From NCBI RefSeq assembly GCF_052425735.1, contig NC_135762.1:26350001-26414000 (forward strand): a stretch of DNA of 64,000 nucleotides. Direction: 5' to 3'. This document shows positions 1 to 12,695 of this stretch, in pieces. The position numbers and the translations under genes are program-made. The number at the start of each line of letters is the position of its first letter. Positions within the stretch are counted from its first letter, which is position 1. The stretch is from Oculina patagonica. Lineage: Eukaryota. The notes below the pieces were generated by a model, which saw nothing but the letters and a program-made list of their open reading frames with translations, made no database searches and was not told where the DNA came from.

Positions 1-682
1 TAACAACTAACGAGGGTTTCTACATAACATACTCCACCCTGGACTAGGGTCCTTAATTTTCCTCCTTCCACAAATGCCAAAATTATTAAAATTCTTATTT
101 GATTTTGGAAGACCACAGATTTGATCTGTCAGTTGCAAGTCTGTTAAGTACCACCCTCATTAAACAAAAGTGGTTTTGATTTACACGATGTATATGTTGT
201 CAGCTTCTCCTCCTCACACTTCACACTTCTTGGTGACCTTATAACAAGCAGTGCATGTCTATGTTGTAGTTTAAAATGAATTTCAGGTCAAAATGACTCT
301 AAAAATGATTGAATTTTTTAAGAAATGAGTCTGAATTGACCTAGCTGCGCGTCCACAACTAAATCACTAACATATTGATAACAGAGGTGGCTTTCCCTTT
401 ATTAAGCCTGGTGGTTTCTTGGAGGTCTCCTCACCCTACTATAATGTTAATGCTATATAATTTTTATTCTAAAGTGGCTAATAAAAATGATGATGATGAC
501 AAGTTTGATTTGTATTTAAATTTATTCCTTTTTCCAGATTTATTACCATAATCCTTAAAAAACAAAGAAAATGTTCTGATCAGATATATGGTTATAAAAT
601 TATATGACTATGAATATTAAAAAGGGACAAATACCAAATTGTGTCAAGGATAAAATTGAACCACAACATCTATTTTCCTTAC

Positions 683-3600
683 TCTCTGCAGCCTGCATGA
701 TAACATCGTCCAGCTCCTGCTCAAGTTTCTCATAAACTGCCAGTTTATCTCCCTGTTCCTTACACTTGGACTCCAGCTCCAAAAGCCGTTTTTCTGACAA
801 GTTTTGCAGAGTATAGTATTCCTTGTTTAAAATCTTGGAAATATAATTTCAATGAAAAATTACAAATAATTATCACCCTCAAAAGAAAAGTTATCCAGTA
901 CCAAACTGTAAGTGTCAATGACGTAAAACACTTAATTCAGTAAAGGATGGTACTTGAAAAAGGACAAGGTTGTGTTAATGTATTTAGCACTGCTCTTGAT
1001 CATTAATGCAAGTCAGATCAATAATACACATTGGCTGTTGCCCAAGGAAATTTTTAAGGAGTCCTTCGGCTCCTCGCATCAAAAGTTACGAGCCCAGCCT
1101 GGTTGCCACTCACTAAAACCCAAAAAATTCCCCGACTTTTCACTGACCTCACAACAATTTTCACTAGCGGCGAATTAGGTGAATTAACAAATATTAGCCA
1201 AACCTTTTCTTACAGCTTCTTTTGCAGACTGGTCATTGATAGTCTTCTCTTCATTTTGGATCTCTTTACGTTTTTCATAGGATATTGAATGCATTGCATT
1301 TGACCTCACCATTTTAGTTTCCTGTTTCAGCCAAAATTCCCTGACTTTTCACTGACTTTGACAAGAACTAAGATTTTCCCTGACTTTTTGCAAAATTACC
1401 TGATTTTTCCCTGACCATGAAATTTTTTTTGTTTTTCCCTGACTTTTCCCTAACCATGGCAATCAAACAAAAATGTGGTCTAAGAGAGTGGTCCAGGGAG
1501 TAAACCTCCCCCTCCCCCCCAATATTATTTCTAAAAAATGTTCTTACTGAACCACTTTTCCTAGCAAGAAAGAGCCTGGGAAAAAGGGTTCTCCCTTAAA
1601 TGGATATACAGGGAGGCTTCATACAAAAAAGGGTACCTTTTTCAGGCTTTAGGTTATTACCTCACTCTTGCTCTGGTATTTTTCAACCTCTAATTTTGCC
1701 TGACGAAGATTGTTTCCTGTTTCATCAAGAATCATCTGCTGCCTCTCCAGCTCAAACTGTTTGACGCTGATCTCTTTCTGTAAATCAGTCTGTCTGCTGT
1801 CCGCCGTCAGCTTTATTTGGCGATATCTTTATAAAGTACACAACAAGAGAAAAGAAATTACTTCTTGTTTCCATATAAGCGCATGCTAAATATGAATGAT
1901 CACATGATAATAAATTAAGGGCACCTATTTAGATATTTTTTTGAGAAATCTGAAAATTTTATACAGGGTTCATACTCTTTTGAGCTTTTGAAATTACATG
2001 ACTTTCCATGACCTTTACCATGATCTAAATTTGACCATTTTTCTTGGAAATTATCAAAAATTATCTTGATTTCGGGTACGTTTTTATCTTTCTTCGCAAA
2101 AATTAACCTGCCTTATTTATTTTGTACAGTCAATCCCATTTTCCATGACTTTCCATGACCCACACTTAAATTCCATGACCTTCCAGGACTGGAAAATGAA
2201 ATTTTTAAATTCCATGAATTTCCAGGTCTTCCATGACCCATACAAACCCTGTATATAGAAGAAATTACAAAGGGTATCAGAATCTTACTCAGATTGCAGG
2301 AGATCATATTTCGAGGCAGTTTCCTTCTCACTGGCAAGTGCTCTTTCTTTTTCCTCCAAGGCATTATCTCTTGCTTCTCTAAGATTCCTGCAGTAAAAAG
2401 TAAAGCCTTTTTAAGCCTAGTGGCTGTTAAACTCTGGAGCTTATCTAGGGTTTCTGTAGCATGAAGTGACAGGAAGTATTGGATGGGATGCAGGAGCCCA
2501 TTACCAGGAACGTGCAACTTCCGTATATTTGTGCAACGCATTTTCACAGGTAAAATAAAACTTAGCTTAGCCTTTCCCACGAAAATTACTGCTTCCAATG
2601 AACTCAGCTACTACTTTGTAAGGAAATACGGAAATCCTTGCTAGAAATGCTGTCAGAACACTCCGATAAAGTTTCTTTGCATGTATCTGCTATGTCAACT
2701 TCCTAGGTGGATGAAGTACTGTAGTTGTGATTGGCTATCTGAAACCAATTTGTGGGATAGTTCTTATCGAAAAATAACTTTACTTGTGAAAACACCATTT
2801 CAAAGGACAGTATGGACGTTGCACACTCGAGTAATGGGCTCCTGATGGGATGCTAGTTCATCACAGGTTATTCCCCAGCATTGATGATGACGATGATAAT
2901 GGTGATGATGACGACAACAACAGCAACAACGACGATGACGACGATGATGATGATGATGGTGGTAATGATGATGACATTTATACAGGTGGCTCTGGTCACC
3001 AAAGTGGTTTTCAGGAAAGGCCTGATGGTAACTTTTTTCTTACTAAGGCAGTTTTTTTTTTCACAAATAAAAGACTCAAGAGGTATGATCATAAAACACA
3101 CTTCAGCTAGGTTCCCTGATATTATATACTCACCTATTTTCTCTCTCAAACATGTCTTTAGTATCATCTCTTATCTTGTCCAGTTCAACAGAAGTTCGTC
3201 CTTTGATGTCGTCCAGTTCGGTCTTCAGTCTCAGCTCGTACTCTGATTTATACTGTTCTCTAACACTGATGTACTTCTCGTACAGCTCCTCTCGTGCCCG
3301 TTTAGTTTCTTCAAGCTGTTTAGATGTGTGCTCTAGTCGTTCTTCAGCTAAAGTGCAGCGACCTCTGAGCTCCTGTAACTGTCTGTTCAGGTACTCCTTG
3401 TCTTGCTTTAGTAGGGCAACAGTTTGTTTACTGACCTGTAACTTAATGTTGAAAGGAAAGAGATAGGATTTTACAAGATTAGTCAAACTAATTCTTTAAA
3501 TATTTTACACAATCTTCAGCTCAGGATTGGAAATTTGCCAGGTGAGTGTCAAAACTGTTGGGCGAGTACAAATCATGGATCACTTGCCCGGTTTGGCAAG

Positions 3601-6600
3601 TATGATTTCCACAACCAGAATTATATATATTACTCAAAATAAATTATGTGTAACTTCCTACATGTACTCATCACTTTAAAACAATCAATTTTGAAATCTC
3701 CCATGAACCTGGCAGTATAAAGTCACAAATTCCTGGTTTGTAAACATATTCACATTCGCAAAAATGAAAAGAGATCAGGACACAGAAATTTTCATTGAAG
3801 TGGCAAGTTGACCATCTTATGTCGAAGGTGCTTAAAAATTAAAGTAATGTTGAATATTTTATGTCCTTGAGGGGAGGGGGCTGGGCAAGGGAAAAATTAT
3901 GTGGGCGAGGGCAGCTTAAAGGTCACTCCCCAGATGGTTCAGGAGTGCTCCGAAATTTTATTTTCTAACCCTGTCACCCTATTAGGGGGAGGAGAGAAGT
4001 GAGCAAATCCATCGGGCCTGCTGGAAAACAAACAGCTGCAGCAGACTAAGCAGCTCCAGCTACATTCCTGCGCAACTTGTGAAGGAGGCTGTGTACAACT
4101 GTGGCTGAAGTCACTGAGCATTCTCCAGCCTCAGCAAACAGAAATCCCTCATTTCCACCCCACCCAAAAAAAGAGTTGTCATTTGCTGTTTTACTCTACA
4201 TTTATTATTAAAGGTGTAAGAGAAAATTGTTAACTTGGTTAGTTCATATAACAAAAATAAAGTTGTTACTCTGTAGCTGTTAGAGGAAGATGACAACATC
4301 AAGTATTTTGATACTTTTGGGGTGTAAACCCTTTTTGGATTTGCTAATAACTGTAGATTTCCTAAGAGGTTTTGCTACTGTTTTGTAGAGGGTGGAGTCA
4401 CTGTGTTAGTTTTTTTTTTTTCAGAACTTTGAGGTTAATCTCTGACAACCAACCAATTAGCATACCTCTTTTTGAACTTCAAGTAAGTTGTCTGATTTTG
4501 ACTTCAATGCAGCATCTAACAGTGTATTGTTCTTCTTCAACTCCATGATATCTCTATCCAAAGTATCACGCTCACTAAAAACATCAATTAAAATAAAACT
4601 AAGCAAGGAGACAATGCCAAAGTTTTCAAATGATTATTCTTTATCCTGTCGGCTGCTAGCCAAGGAAAGTCCTATCCAGTTTACCCAGAGTTCTAGTAAA
4701 CTTGTCTGTCCAGATATCTTCTGGTTGGGAACAGCACATTCCAGCAGGCACTATGTATAACTATCCATAACTTATTTGGCATTATTTACTTTAACAAGAT
4801 GCACATGTTAAGGGTGGGTAAATAGCTCACACTGATGACAAATCCAACTACGTAAACCAAAGCCAGTTAATTGAACTAATTAATAGGAGTCAAGTGCTCG
4901 CAGTGCTCGCAATGCTCGCAAAATTTTAGTGGATGCTCGTTTGCTCCTGCTCGCACATTTTTACAAGTGCTCGCATGCTCGGTTTTTAGTAGAGGTAGGT
5001 TTTTGAAAAGTGCTCGTTGCTCGCAAGGCTAATTTTTGTCAATGCTCGTGCTCGCAAAGAAAACCGCTGTGCTCGCATGCTCGCAAATGCTCGCAAAGAC
5101 CATTTGATACCCCTATTAATGCTACTTATTTTGATAGTTATCACCTTCTGATTTGATCAAAGTTTGTGATCTTGTAATCTCCTTGATTGACTTGAGACTG
5201 TAGTTTCTCCAACTGTAGGGCAAGACGCTGTGCTCTGTGTTCCATCTCTGCACGACCCACACGCTCATCTTCAGCTTCCTAGATTTAAATTGGTGACAAC
5301 AATATTTTGTTTCTCTTTTTCTCTGTTTTTCATGACACAATCTAGTTCAGTGTAATGTAGATGTTGTAGGTCAAATTCTCTTTCAGGTTATAATTTTTTC
5401 CAGCCTAGATTAATCTGTTTCAATCTAAAGATAACACTATTTTTGTTTTATCACTTAAAACAAGGTACCGGTAAAATTTATTGGGATTTATTTTTAATGC
5501 ATTCAAATTGTTTTAGGTCAACGTAAGAGTGATACCTTCAGGTTGAAACAGATTAACCTAGGTTGGAGACAAATTAAACCTAAAAAGCAATTTGACCTAG
5601 TATACTATAGACATCTGATTATTAGCATTTAATATTAAAACAAAAATTAATGTTGATAACATTTCAAATCATTATAATTAATTTTTCATAATATTTATAA
5701 AAAAATATTTTTGGTTAACTAAATATTATAATTATTAATGTCATGGAGAAAAAAAAAGAATGTGTGAATGGTTTGAATGAGAATGGTGCTCAATTTTTTA
5801 TAACTATTATCTGCCTGCAAAGAGGCAGGACTGTAAAAGCTTTTTTAAGCCAATCAACATTACCTTGCGGTATATAGCAACTTCCTCCTCTCTAGTGTGA
5901 AGTTCGTGAGTCAAAGTTTCCACTTGTTGTTGAAGGCTTGTACATTGCAGCAACAAAGGATGACAAGCTTCATAAACTTTTATCTACAAAATTAACAGAC
6001 ATCAGCATGATTTAATCTCCATAAGCCCATTCCTCTCCCCCAAAAAGTTATTACCTATAGCCTGTTTCAGCGTGTGGTCACCAACAACAGCTATTATTCT
6101 CGTAAATGACCAGCTCCAGTTACAACCTCTTTTTCACATTCCCAAGGTGGTAAATTATGAGAGCTGGACTGTATTTTACGTCATTAGAGTATGTTCTGAG
6201 GCTTTGGATGCTCTGTTGTTCAGATTTGAATTTTCCAAATCTGAGACACTAACTGGGTTTCTGTCTCATGGATTTTCCATCAGTACCAGGGAAAGAATTG
6301 AAATCAAGAGCAGAAAGAGAACTTCTCTTTATACAGCCTACTAAAAGATATTAGTAGAATTCTACTAGTATACCAATGCAAAGCGAAAATCTGATTGGCT
6401 GAGCTATTGTACACTATCAGCTATTTGCATAACCCACTGACCGTCTATTAGCCGTAAGGTAATCGTGCAATCTGATTGGCTACACAGGTGCCGTCTACTG
6501 ATTGATAGATGGCTCTTGGAGCCTGCGCTCAGTCTTTCGCTGAATTTTATCAATCAAAACCTTCAATAAATCAACTCTAGCGATATTCTTTGTTTAATAG

Positions 6601-8671
6601 ATCAGTCAGTGTGTTATGCTAAAACAATTAGACGGCTCGCTCTCGGTTTCTATCGACTTTGATAGTTGGCGAGGGGCTGCTCGTGGCTTCGCCCCTCACC
6701 AACTATCAGCCGATAGAAACCTTGAGCTCGCCATCTAATTGTTACAGTGCGGCTACTGTAACCTGGGTCACCCAGACAAACTTAGCTTCAGCCAATGAAA
6801 TGTTGAGTACAGAACAAAGAAATTTCAACTTCTTCGTTCGCCACGAAAACAGATCGATACAAACTTTGGCTGTATGACGGCACTGAATTTTCAATTAATT
6901 TCAATTGCATCCGTTTTGAACTTGAGTGGTTGTGACAGCAACATTTGGAAGGTAAATATTAGCGATGTTTATGTAAGAGAAGTTCGAAACTGTGTAAAAA
7001 CGGGGAAAGAAACGACCGTATCGTCTGTGTCAATGGTGCGTGGCGGAGTTTGCTCGTGACAATTTCAAGTTTTCTCTACGGCATCAACTGGAGTTTTGGT
7101 AGCTGTACCATTTGGAAAATAAATACACGTGATGCTAGCGAAGGAAGACATTCTGCGCTGTATAACGTACCAGTGAAAGTGGCGATGCCAACATTTTTTT
7201 GTCGTTTGAGTAAATAAAAATAAAATTTCAATTTGTTCACTCGTGAAGCTTATGTTTTTGCGTGTTTATTCAAGCTAGCTGAATTGCCGAAACTTTCGGA
7301 TGTATACGGCCGATACGCTTTCGGTGGAACTCAACGATCGGTCATCGCAGAAAACTAAATTTATCATGCTGGAAATGTGCTTCGTTGTTTGCAAATACGC
7401 CACGCACTTTGCCTAACCTATGACCGTCGCGTTATGATGCCGTAGAGAAAACTTGAAATTGTCACGAGCGAACTCCGCCACGCACCATTGACACAGACGA
7501 TACGGTCGTTTCTTTCCCCGTTTTTACACAGTTTCGAACTTCTCTTACATAAACATCGCTAATATTTACCTTCCAAATGTTGCTGTCACAACCACTCAAG
7601 TTCAAAACGGATGAAATTGAAATTAATTGAAAATTCAGTGCCGCCATACGGCCAAAGTTTGTATCGATCTGTTTTCGTGGCGAACGAAGAAGTTGAAATT
7701 TCTTTGTTCTGTACTCGACACTTCATTGGCTGAAGCTAAAAATGTAGAAATCTTTTGTTTCAGTTCTGCTTTGTGATTGGTTAACTTTGTCTGGGTGACC
7801 CTGGTTACAGTAGCCGCACTGTAATTAGTTTACCAGTTTGCATAAGCTAGGATTTGTGTGAAGATAAATTATACTTCATACTGCAGAAAAAACTGAAAAT
7901 TGTTTAATCAGTGGAAATACTTTAATGAGAATTCAACTAAAAAAAATTAGATTGTTCACCCTCAATTATTATGATGTGATTTAATCTTCTTATTATCATC
8001 ATTATCATTAATATCATCATCGTCATCATCATCATTATTACCTAAAGTAAGCTCAAGAAACTTACCATTACAAATTCTCTCAAGCCGAGTTGTTCAGGGT
8101 CTGCGGATTTCAATTCTAAGTACTCTTCGTCCGATAATTTTTCCAGGTCATTCAATCCCCTTCTGAAATCCACTGCCTTTTCCTGCAATTTCTTGTTCTC
8201 TTGTTCCAGTAGCTGCTGTCGTTTGAATATTTTGGCCATTTCTTGCCTCGTCCTTTCAAGAGAACTCTTCGACTCCTCCTGCTGAAGTTTAAGCTGCGAC
8301 TCTAGCCTCGCTTGAAGTATTTGTTTGTCATGTCGCGTATCGGCTAAAACTTCCTCTAGCTCATCAACTTTGCTCATATGATCGACTTTCATGTTGTCTA
8401 TAATGAGGTTTTTCTGACTCAGCTCGATGCGCAAAAGTTCTAAATCATGCAGCAGTTGTTTTCTTTCGATTTCGTGTTTAGTAACTCTGTTCTCCGCTTC
8501 GCTGTCGACTTGCGTAGAAGAAAGAGCCGAGCTTGTCAACAGAGTTGAAGATTCAATGTCAGTTGTGTTTTCCAAATGGCCTGTTATGTCATTTTCCGTC
8601 CGTAAAGTGCTATCTCCATTATTCTCGCTTGCATGAGAACTTCTCGAACTACCGCTTCCCCTTTGCGACAT
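683..8671 (-). CDS. PIBF1: Progesterone-induced blocking factor 1 (CEP90), coiled-coil centriolar satellite protein; first 8 coding exons, 3' part lies beyond the left edge
   Basis: GT-AG exons with consistent phases: 8066-8671, 5864-5983, 5145-5278, 4466-4574, 3134-3441, 2289-2387, 1661-1826, 683-833. Peptides IERKQLLHDLELLRIELSQKNLIIDNMKVD, LLKQDKEYLNRQ, ERENRNLREARDNA and YEKLEQELDDVIMQAAE match recalled vertebrate PIBF1. Confidence 0.93.
1964..2251. mobile_element. MITE in PIBF1 intron
   Basis: Terminal CAGGGTT...AACCCTG flanked by TA; internal TTCCATGAC repeats. Confidence 0.55.
2882..2975 (+). repeat. Imperfect (GAT/GAC/AAC)n microsatellite
   Basis: Visible trinucleotide run; produces the low-complexity ORFs at 2850-3246. 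Confidence 0.9.
3522..3973. mobile_element. Degenerate MITE (CAGG...CCTG ends)
   Basis: CAGGATTGGAAAT at left and TTTTCTAACCCTG at right form imperfect TIRs. Confidence 0.4.
4884..5114. repeat. TGCTCG(C)-rich repeat, probable MITE
   Basis: About a dozen TGCTCG motifs between imperfect inverted ends TAGGAGTCAA / TTGATACCCCTA. Confidence 0.5.
6745..7821. mobile_element. Non-autonomous Tc1/mariner-type foldback element with ~340-bp inverted arms
   Basis: TA|CAGTGCGGCTACTGTAACC ... GGTTACAGTAGCCGCACTG|TA; arms (~6745-7085 vs ~7437-7821) are near-identical, which explains the mirror ORFs 6874-7059 and 7462-7647. Confidence 0.88.
7990..8040 (+). repeat. (ATC/ATT)n microsatellite
   Basis: Visible trinucleotide run next to the PIBF1 exon 1 donor. 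Confidence 0.75.
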
Positions 8672-8744
8672 GTTAGAAGAATTAGGAAGTTTTTAACATT
8701 TCAATACTTTGATCGATGTTTTGAAAACAAAGAAGGCTTCCCGA

Positions 8745-8755
8745 GCCGCCATTTT
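8745..8755 (-). promoter_or_regulatory. YY1-type motif upstream of the PIBF1 ATG
   Basis: GCCGCCATTTT (AAAATGGCGGC on minus) about 75 bp upstream of the start codon; typical of housekeeping promoters. Confidence 0.45.
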
Positions 8756-9397
8756 TTTGCAGATTGCACAGTAGATACATGATGTAACGCTCATATAGTG
8801 TGACAAGTGGTTTGCAGTTGTTACAGTTGGTATTATTATTTGTGACAAATCATTATATGACTGTTACACCACGTATTCACTAACTATTATTAGTTTCCAG
8901 ACTTTAACCGGACAATTAAAAAAAGGCGGGAAAACCTCGGAGAAGTGCACAGGCAAACCATCCTATCCTCGGTTTCAGCAACGGTAGACAATTCTTTGTG
9001 TTTGGGGCCGCGTAGAGGAGTAAAATGAAAACTAGGGATTGGGCAAATTTTCACTAGAAAAATGAATTGAGTCATTGGGACTGGGAATCACAAACAAAAA
9101 ACAATGGAACTGGGAAAAGGAATTGGGTAAATCAGGAAATGGAAATTAATACCCCCCTTCAGGATCCTCATAGAAAAACCCTTTGATCAAAAAAGTCTGC
9201 TTCCAAATATATTTGTGCTCAGCTGCTCAGATCATCTTGCAGCGGTATATATATATATATTGGGAAATTCTAAGTAGGAAATTCATTATCTTGGTCACAG
9301 AAGTTTCTAATGTCATACACTGACTCACCCGATGAAAACGTGTTCAGTTACTTTTTGCGTTAAAAGTTCGATAAGGTTCTTTTTTACATTATGTCAC

Positions 9398-11608
9398 TTA
9401 TTTAAGGACATATATTTTTTTCGCTTTGTAATCTGTAACCAAAATGCGACCATCCGGTGTTGTAGCTATGTATGCTGGGTCTTTTAGTCCAGCAACACTT
9501 TTGCCAGTAAAACAACCATCCACTGTAAACTGCTGAATGCGACTATTGTCTCTGTCACATACAAGAAGATTGTAACGATCGTTATGTTTATAAACACACA
9601 AACCCCAAGGATAGGCGAACTGTCCGTTGGCCTTGCCTTTTTCTCCAATCTTGTACAAAAACTTCCCTGAACTGTCAAATACTTTCAAACAATGGTTCCT
9701 ACAGTCAGATACAATGAACATATTTTTGTGATAAACGCATGCAATGGGTTGGTTGAGCTTTTCTAAGCCGCTATCTCCAAATTTAAACTTAGATTTACCA
9801 TCTTTTGTTAAGACCTGGATTCTGTTGTTGTTAAAGTCGGCTACAACGACATGTCCTTCACCATCAATGCAGACACTTTCTGGATTCTGAAGCTTGCCCT
9901 CTCCTGTCCCGTACGTTCCAAAACTATTCACAAAGTCCCCTGTCTGTACATTAAACTGCTGAATGCGGTGATTTAAGTCGTCTGCCACCAAAGTCTCGTC
10001 ATCATTCAGGAATGTGACGCCAGCTGGTTTGTTCAACTGTCCAGGATTATTTCCATAGCAGCCAAGTTTTCGCATAAACGTCCCTTCATTGTTAAATGTT
10101 AGGATACAGTGTGTTTTATAGTCACATACAGCGATCAGTCCTTTACTGTTAACAGCAATTCCACGTGGCTGATGAATAATTCCTCCTTGTAAATGTAACT
10201 CACCCACAATATCAAGGGGTTGTTCCATTACTTGGACAGTGAAAGGACTCTTAGCAAGTTCGTCGTCATTTATCTTCACTGTGATGTTGTGGCTGCCTGG
10301 TACTTTTGGTATGAATTTCACCAGGAAATTTCCATCTTCTTTTTCATTAATAATCAAACTTTCTTCTTGTTCAGCGGGTTCCACGAGCACTTCAACGTTA
10401 AATTTACTTTGAGCTTCACTCGTCAGTTCTTCTTTAGATGTGTTAGGACAGACCACAAACTCTGCTTCTAAACCAGCTTGGAAATTTTCAGTTAGTCCTT
10501 CTACTTTAGACAGACGTACATCTGTTTCGCTGGTTGCCATGTAACCCAGGCTTAAACTCTCGGGTGCAATAGTCGAGATAAACTTCAAGAATGAACTAAC
10601 CGGAAGTGCTGGGACTGGGGTCTTGTTAAGATCTTCGAATCGCTGTTTCAAATTCTCCTTGCTTTGCATAATATCTAGGCTTGAGCTTCCTTGAACCAGG
10701 CTAATAGCAAACTCAACTGCTTGGTTGATTCGCTTGGTCGAAGACTGCACTTCTTTCTTGACACAGCCTAATTTCTCCATTCTCGATCCGCGTGTTTTTT
10801 TGAGGGCGGTAATGGCCTCTTGCTCGAGTTCTTGAATCTTAGCTATCACTTGTTCTTTTGCTTGGATAACTTCGCGTATAGCGGCGGTTACATTAGCTTC
10901 TAGCTTAGAAGCCGTTTCTTCAAGTTGACGCATCACATCACTGTGAACTTTTATCTTTTCTTTCATCAATTCGACGCCCGCCTTGATGTTGGCTTTCTCG
11001 CGATCAGCTGCTTTTTCAAGTTGATCAAAATTATGATTCTTATGATCAGTGTTTATGCAAATTTGACAAACACAAGTTTGGCATTCAACACAGAAAAACC
11101 CGGTTACCTCTTTTTCGTGGTACTGCTGAGAGCAAAAGGATTGTCGCTTTAAGAAGGCCTCATAGTCTTGGGCTTGAAACTGTTTTACTGGCATGACTTT
11201 GTGTCCTTCAAACGCAGCGACTCTGAACACTTCATGTGAGTTTAAACAGTCAAGACACAACAATTTTTCACAATCAAAGCAGTAGCTGATCTCAGCGTCC
11301 TTTCTCTTACAAATACCGCAACTGATTTCGCTTCCACTGCCACTTTGTTGCACAGCAAGAAGACTCAACAAACTGTTGTGCAGAAAACTGGTCGGAAAAT
11401 CATCAAAACGATTTCCTTCAGGCATGCCAACTTCTTCCTGACACTGAGGGCAACGAAATTTGCCATGTCTTTGGCTGGTTAATGCGTATTTCTCCAAGCA
11501 CTCACAACAGAAGGTATGAAGACAAGTTATTGTCTTGGGTTTGGTGTAAGTATCCAAACAGATCGAACAAGTAACTTGTTTTTTGAGGTTATTCAAGAGA
11601 GACTCCAT
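9398..11608 (-). CDS. TRIM-NHL E3 ubiquitin ligase (TRIM2/3/71-like), copy 1, intronless
   Basis: RING (CSICLDTY...CLHTFC...CPQC), B-box1 (CGIC...CFDC...C..C...H), B-box2 (C...H...FCVEC...C..C...H..H), coiled coil, filamin/Ig (FIPKVPGSHNITV...SPFTV), NHL repeats (PRGIAV, PAGV, NHRIQ). Likely start MESLL at 11608; the frame is open to 11707. Confidence 0.92.
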   Translation of the reverse strand: MESLLNNLKKQVTCSICLDTYTKPKTITCLHTFCCECLEKYALTSQRHGKFRCPQCQEEVGMPEGNRFDDFPTSFLHNSLLSLLAVQQSGSGSEISCGICKRKDAEISYCFDCEKLLCLDCLNSHEVFRVAAFEGHKVMPVKQFQAQDYEAFLKRQSFCSQQYHEKEVTGFFCVECQTCVCQICINTDHKNHNFDQLEKAADREKANIKAGVELMKEKIKVHSDVMRQLEETASKLEANVTAAIREVIQAKEQVIAKIQELEQEAITALKKTRGSRMEKLGCVKKEVQSSTKRINQAVEFAISLVQGSSSLDIMQSKENLKQRFEDLNKTPVPALPVSSFLKFISTIAPESLSLGYMATSETDVRLSKVEGLTENFQAGLEAEFVVCPNTSKEELTSEAQSKFNVEVLVEPAEQEESLIINEKEDGNFLVKFIPKVPGSHNITVKINDDELAKSPFTVQVMEQPLDIVGELHLQGGIIHQPRGIAVNSKGLIAVCDYKTHCILTFNNEGTFMRKLGCYGNNPGQLNKPAGVTFLNDDETLVADDLNHRIQQFNVQTGDFVNSFGTYGTGEGKLQNPESVCIDGEGHVVVADFNNNRIQVLTKDGKSKFKFGDSGLEKLNQPIACVYHKNMFIVSDCRNHCLKVFDSSGKFLYKIGEKGKANGQFAYPWGLCVYKHNDRYNLLVCDRDNSRIQQFTVDGCFTGKSVAGLKDPAYIATTPDGRILVTDYKAKKIYVLK

Positions 11609-12695
11609 CAGATTGTGAAACGGCAGTGGAATCGAACACACCTTTCTGGTGTTTACGATTTCGAGAACTGCCGACTTAAACATGAATAAAACATAATATA
11701 TAATCACTTTATGGTCTTTTATTTATTTCAGGAGCCAACCAGGCAGATCGAACCCTCTGACCTCGCGTGAAAGCGGAAGTTGTGCCGATATGACAAACAT
11801 TCGGTGTTGCATCGATTGCTAGTGTATGCGATGTGGTACGCTGGATAAAATAATTTCGGATACTCCGTTCATGGACTTGAACATTTCAAAAATACCTCAT
11901 TGGAAATATGGTCATGTTTTTCTACACAGCATATTTTGTACCAGAGGATACGGGGGACGTAGACTTGTGGGTATTAAATTCGTGAATTTATAACCGACTT
12001 GTGGGTGCCTTGCGTGACACCCATGTCACGGTCTCGGACGGGGAAGCCAGTGGTGTTCAAATAACGCGCGTTCTTTTCTTTACTCTGAAAGAACAATTTT
12101 TCTGAAGTCCTTTTACTCGTTTGATCGCGCAAGAGCGAAAAACACGGTTCCACTTCAGGATTTCGGAAAAGAAAAACGTTGATAATCAATCTTTAGTCTT
12201 TTTCCCTTTAATGCTACTTGTTACTCGCTGCCCATTGTTACTCGTTATTTGCTTGTCGACACGCCCTACAGGCTCGTCAAAATACTGGGGAAGGGGAAGG
12301 ATATAAGATATATTTCCTCCTCATCACGGTAGACTATGCAGGGTCCCTGCACAGGCAGACAATCTGTGTTTGGGGCCGCGTGACGTAAGCGTCACGGTAC
12401 GCGCTATTTGATCTCTATTTGATTTCCCACTACGTGGGCCAGTTGCATGGTCAAATGCCCCACCAGTCGGGGGTGAAATGTCATTGTGAGTCGGTTTTCT
12501 CGTTGAATTGCAGTCGTTTTGCCTACGAGTACGAGCGGATTCGCTAACGACCAGTTACCTTATCGTTAACACTTGGTCTAAACGGACACTCCGGCCCTAT
12601 TTATCAGCCAATTTTAATAGGAAAAGATAGATACGTTGAAACTAGGTACATTACATTAACGTAACCAAATACTAACTTCAAGCGCTTGAGCTCGC

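Noticed and set aside
2850-3246. Poly-Asp, poly-Met/Thr and poly-Ile ORFs
   Set aside because: Translations of an intronic microsatellite.
6874-7647. Pair of near-identical 61-aa ORFs on opposite strands
   Set aside because: Mirror translations of the foldback element's inverted arms.
11609-11707. 33-aa N-terminal extension of the TRIM ORF
   Set aside because: Starts at GTG in AT-rich sequence; MESLL sits just before the RING and is the more plausible start. The in-frame ATG of MFKSAV cannot be excluded.
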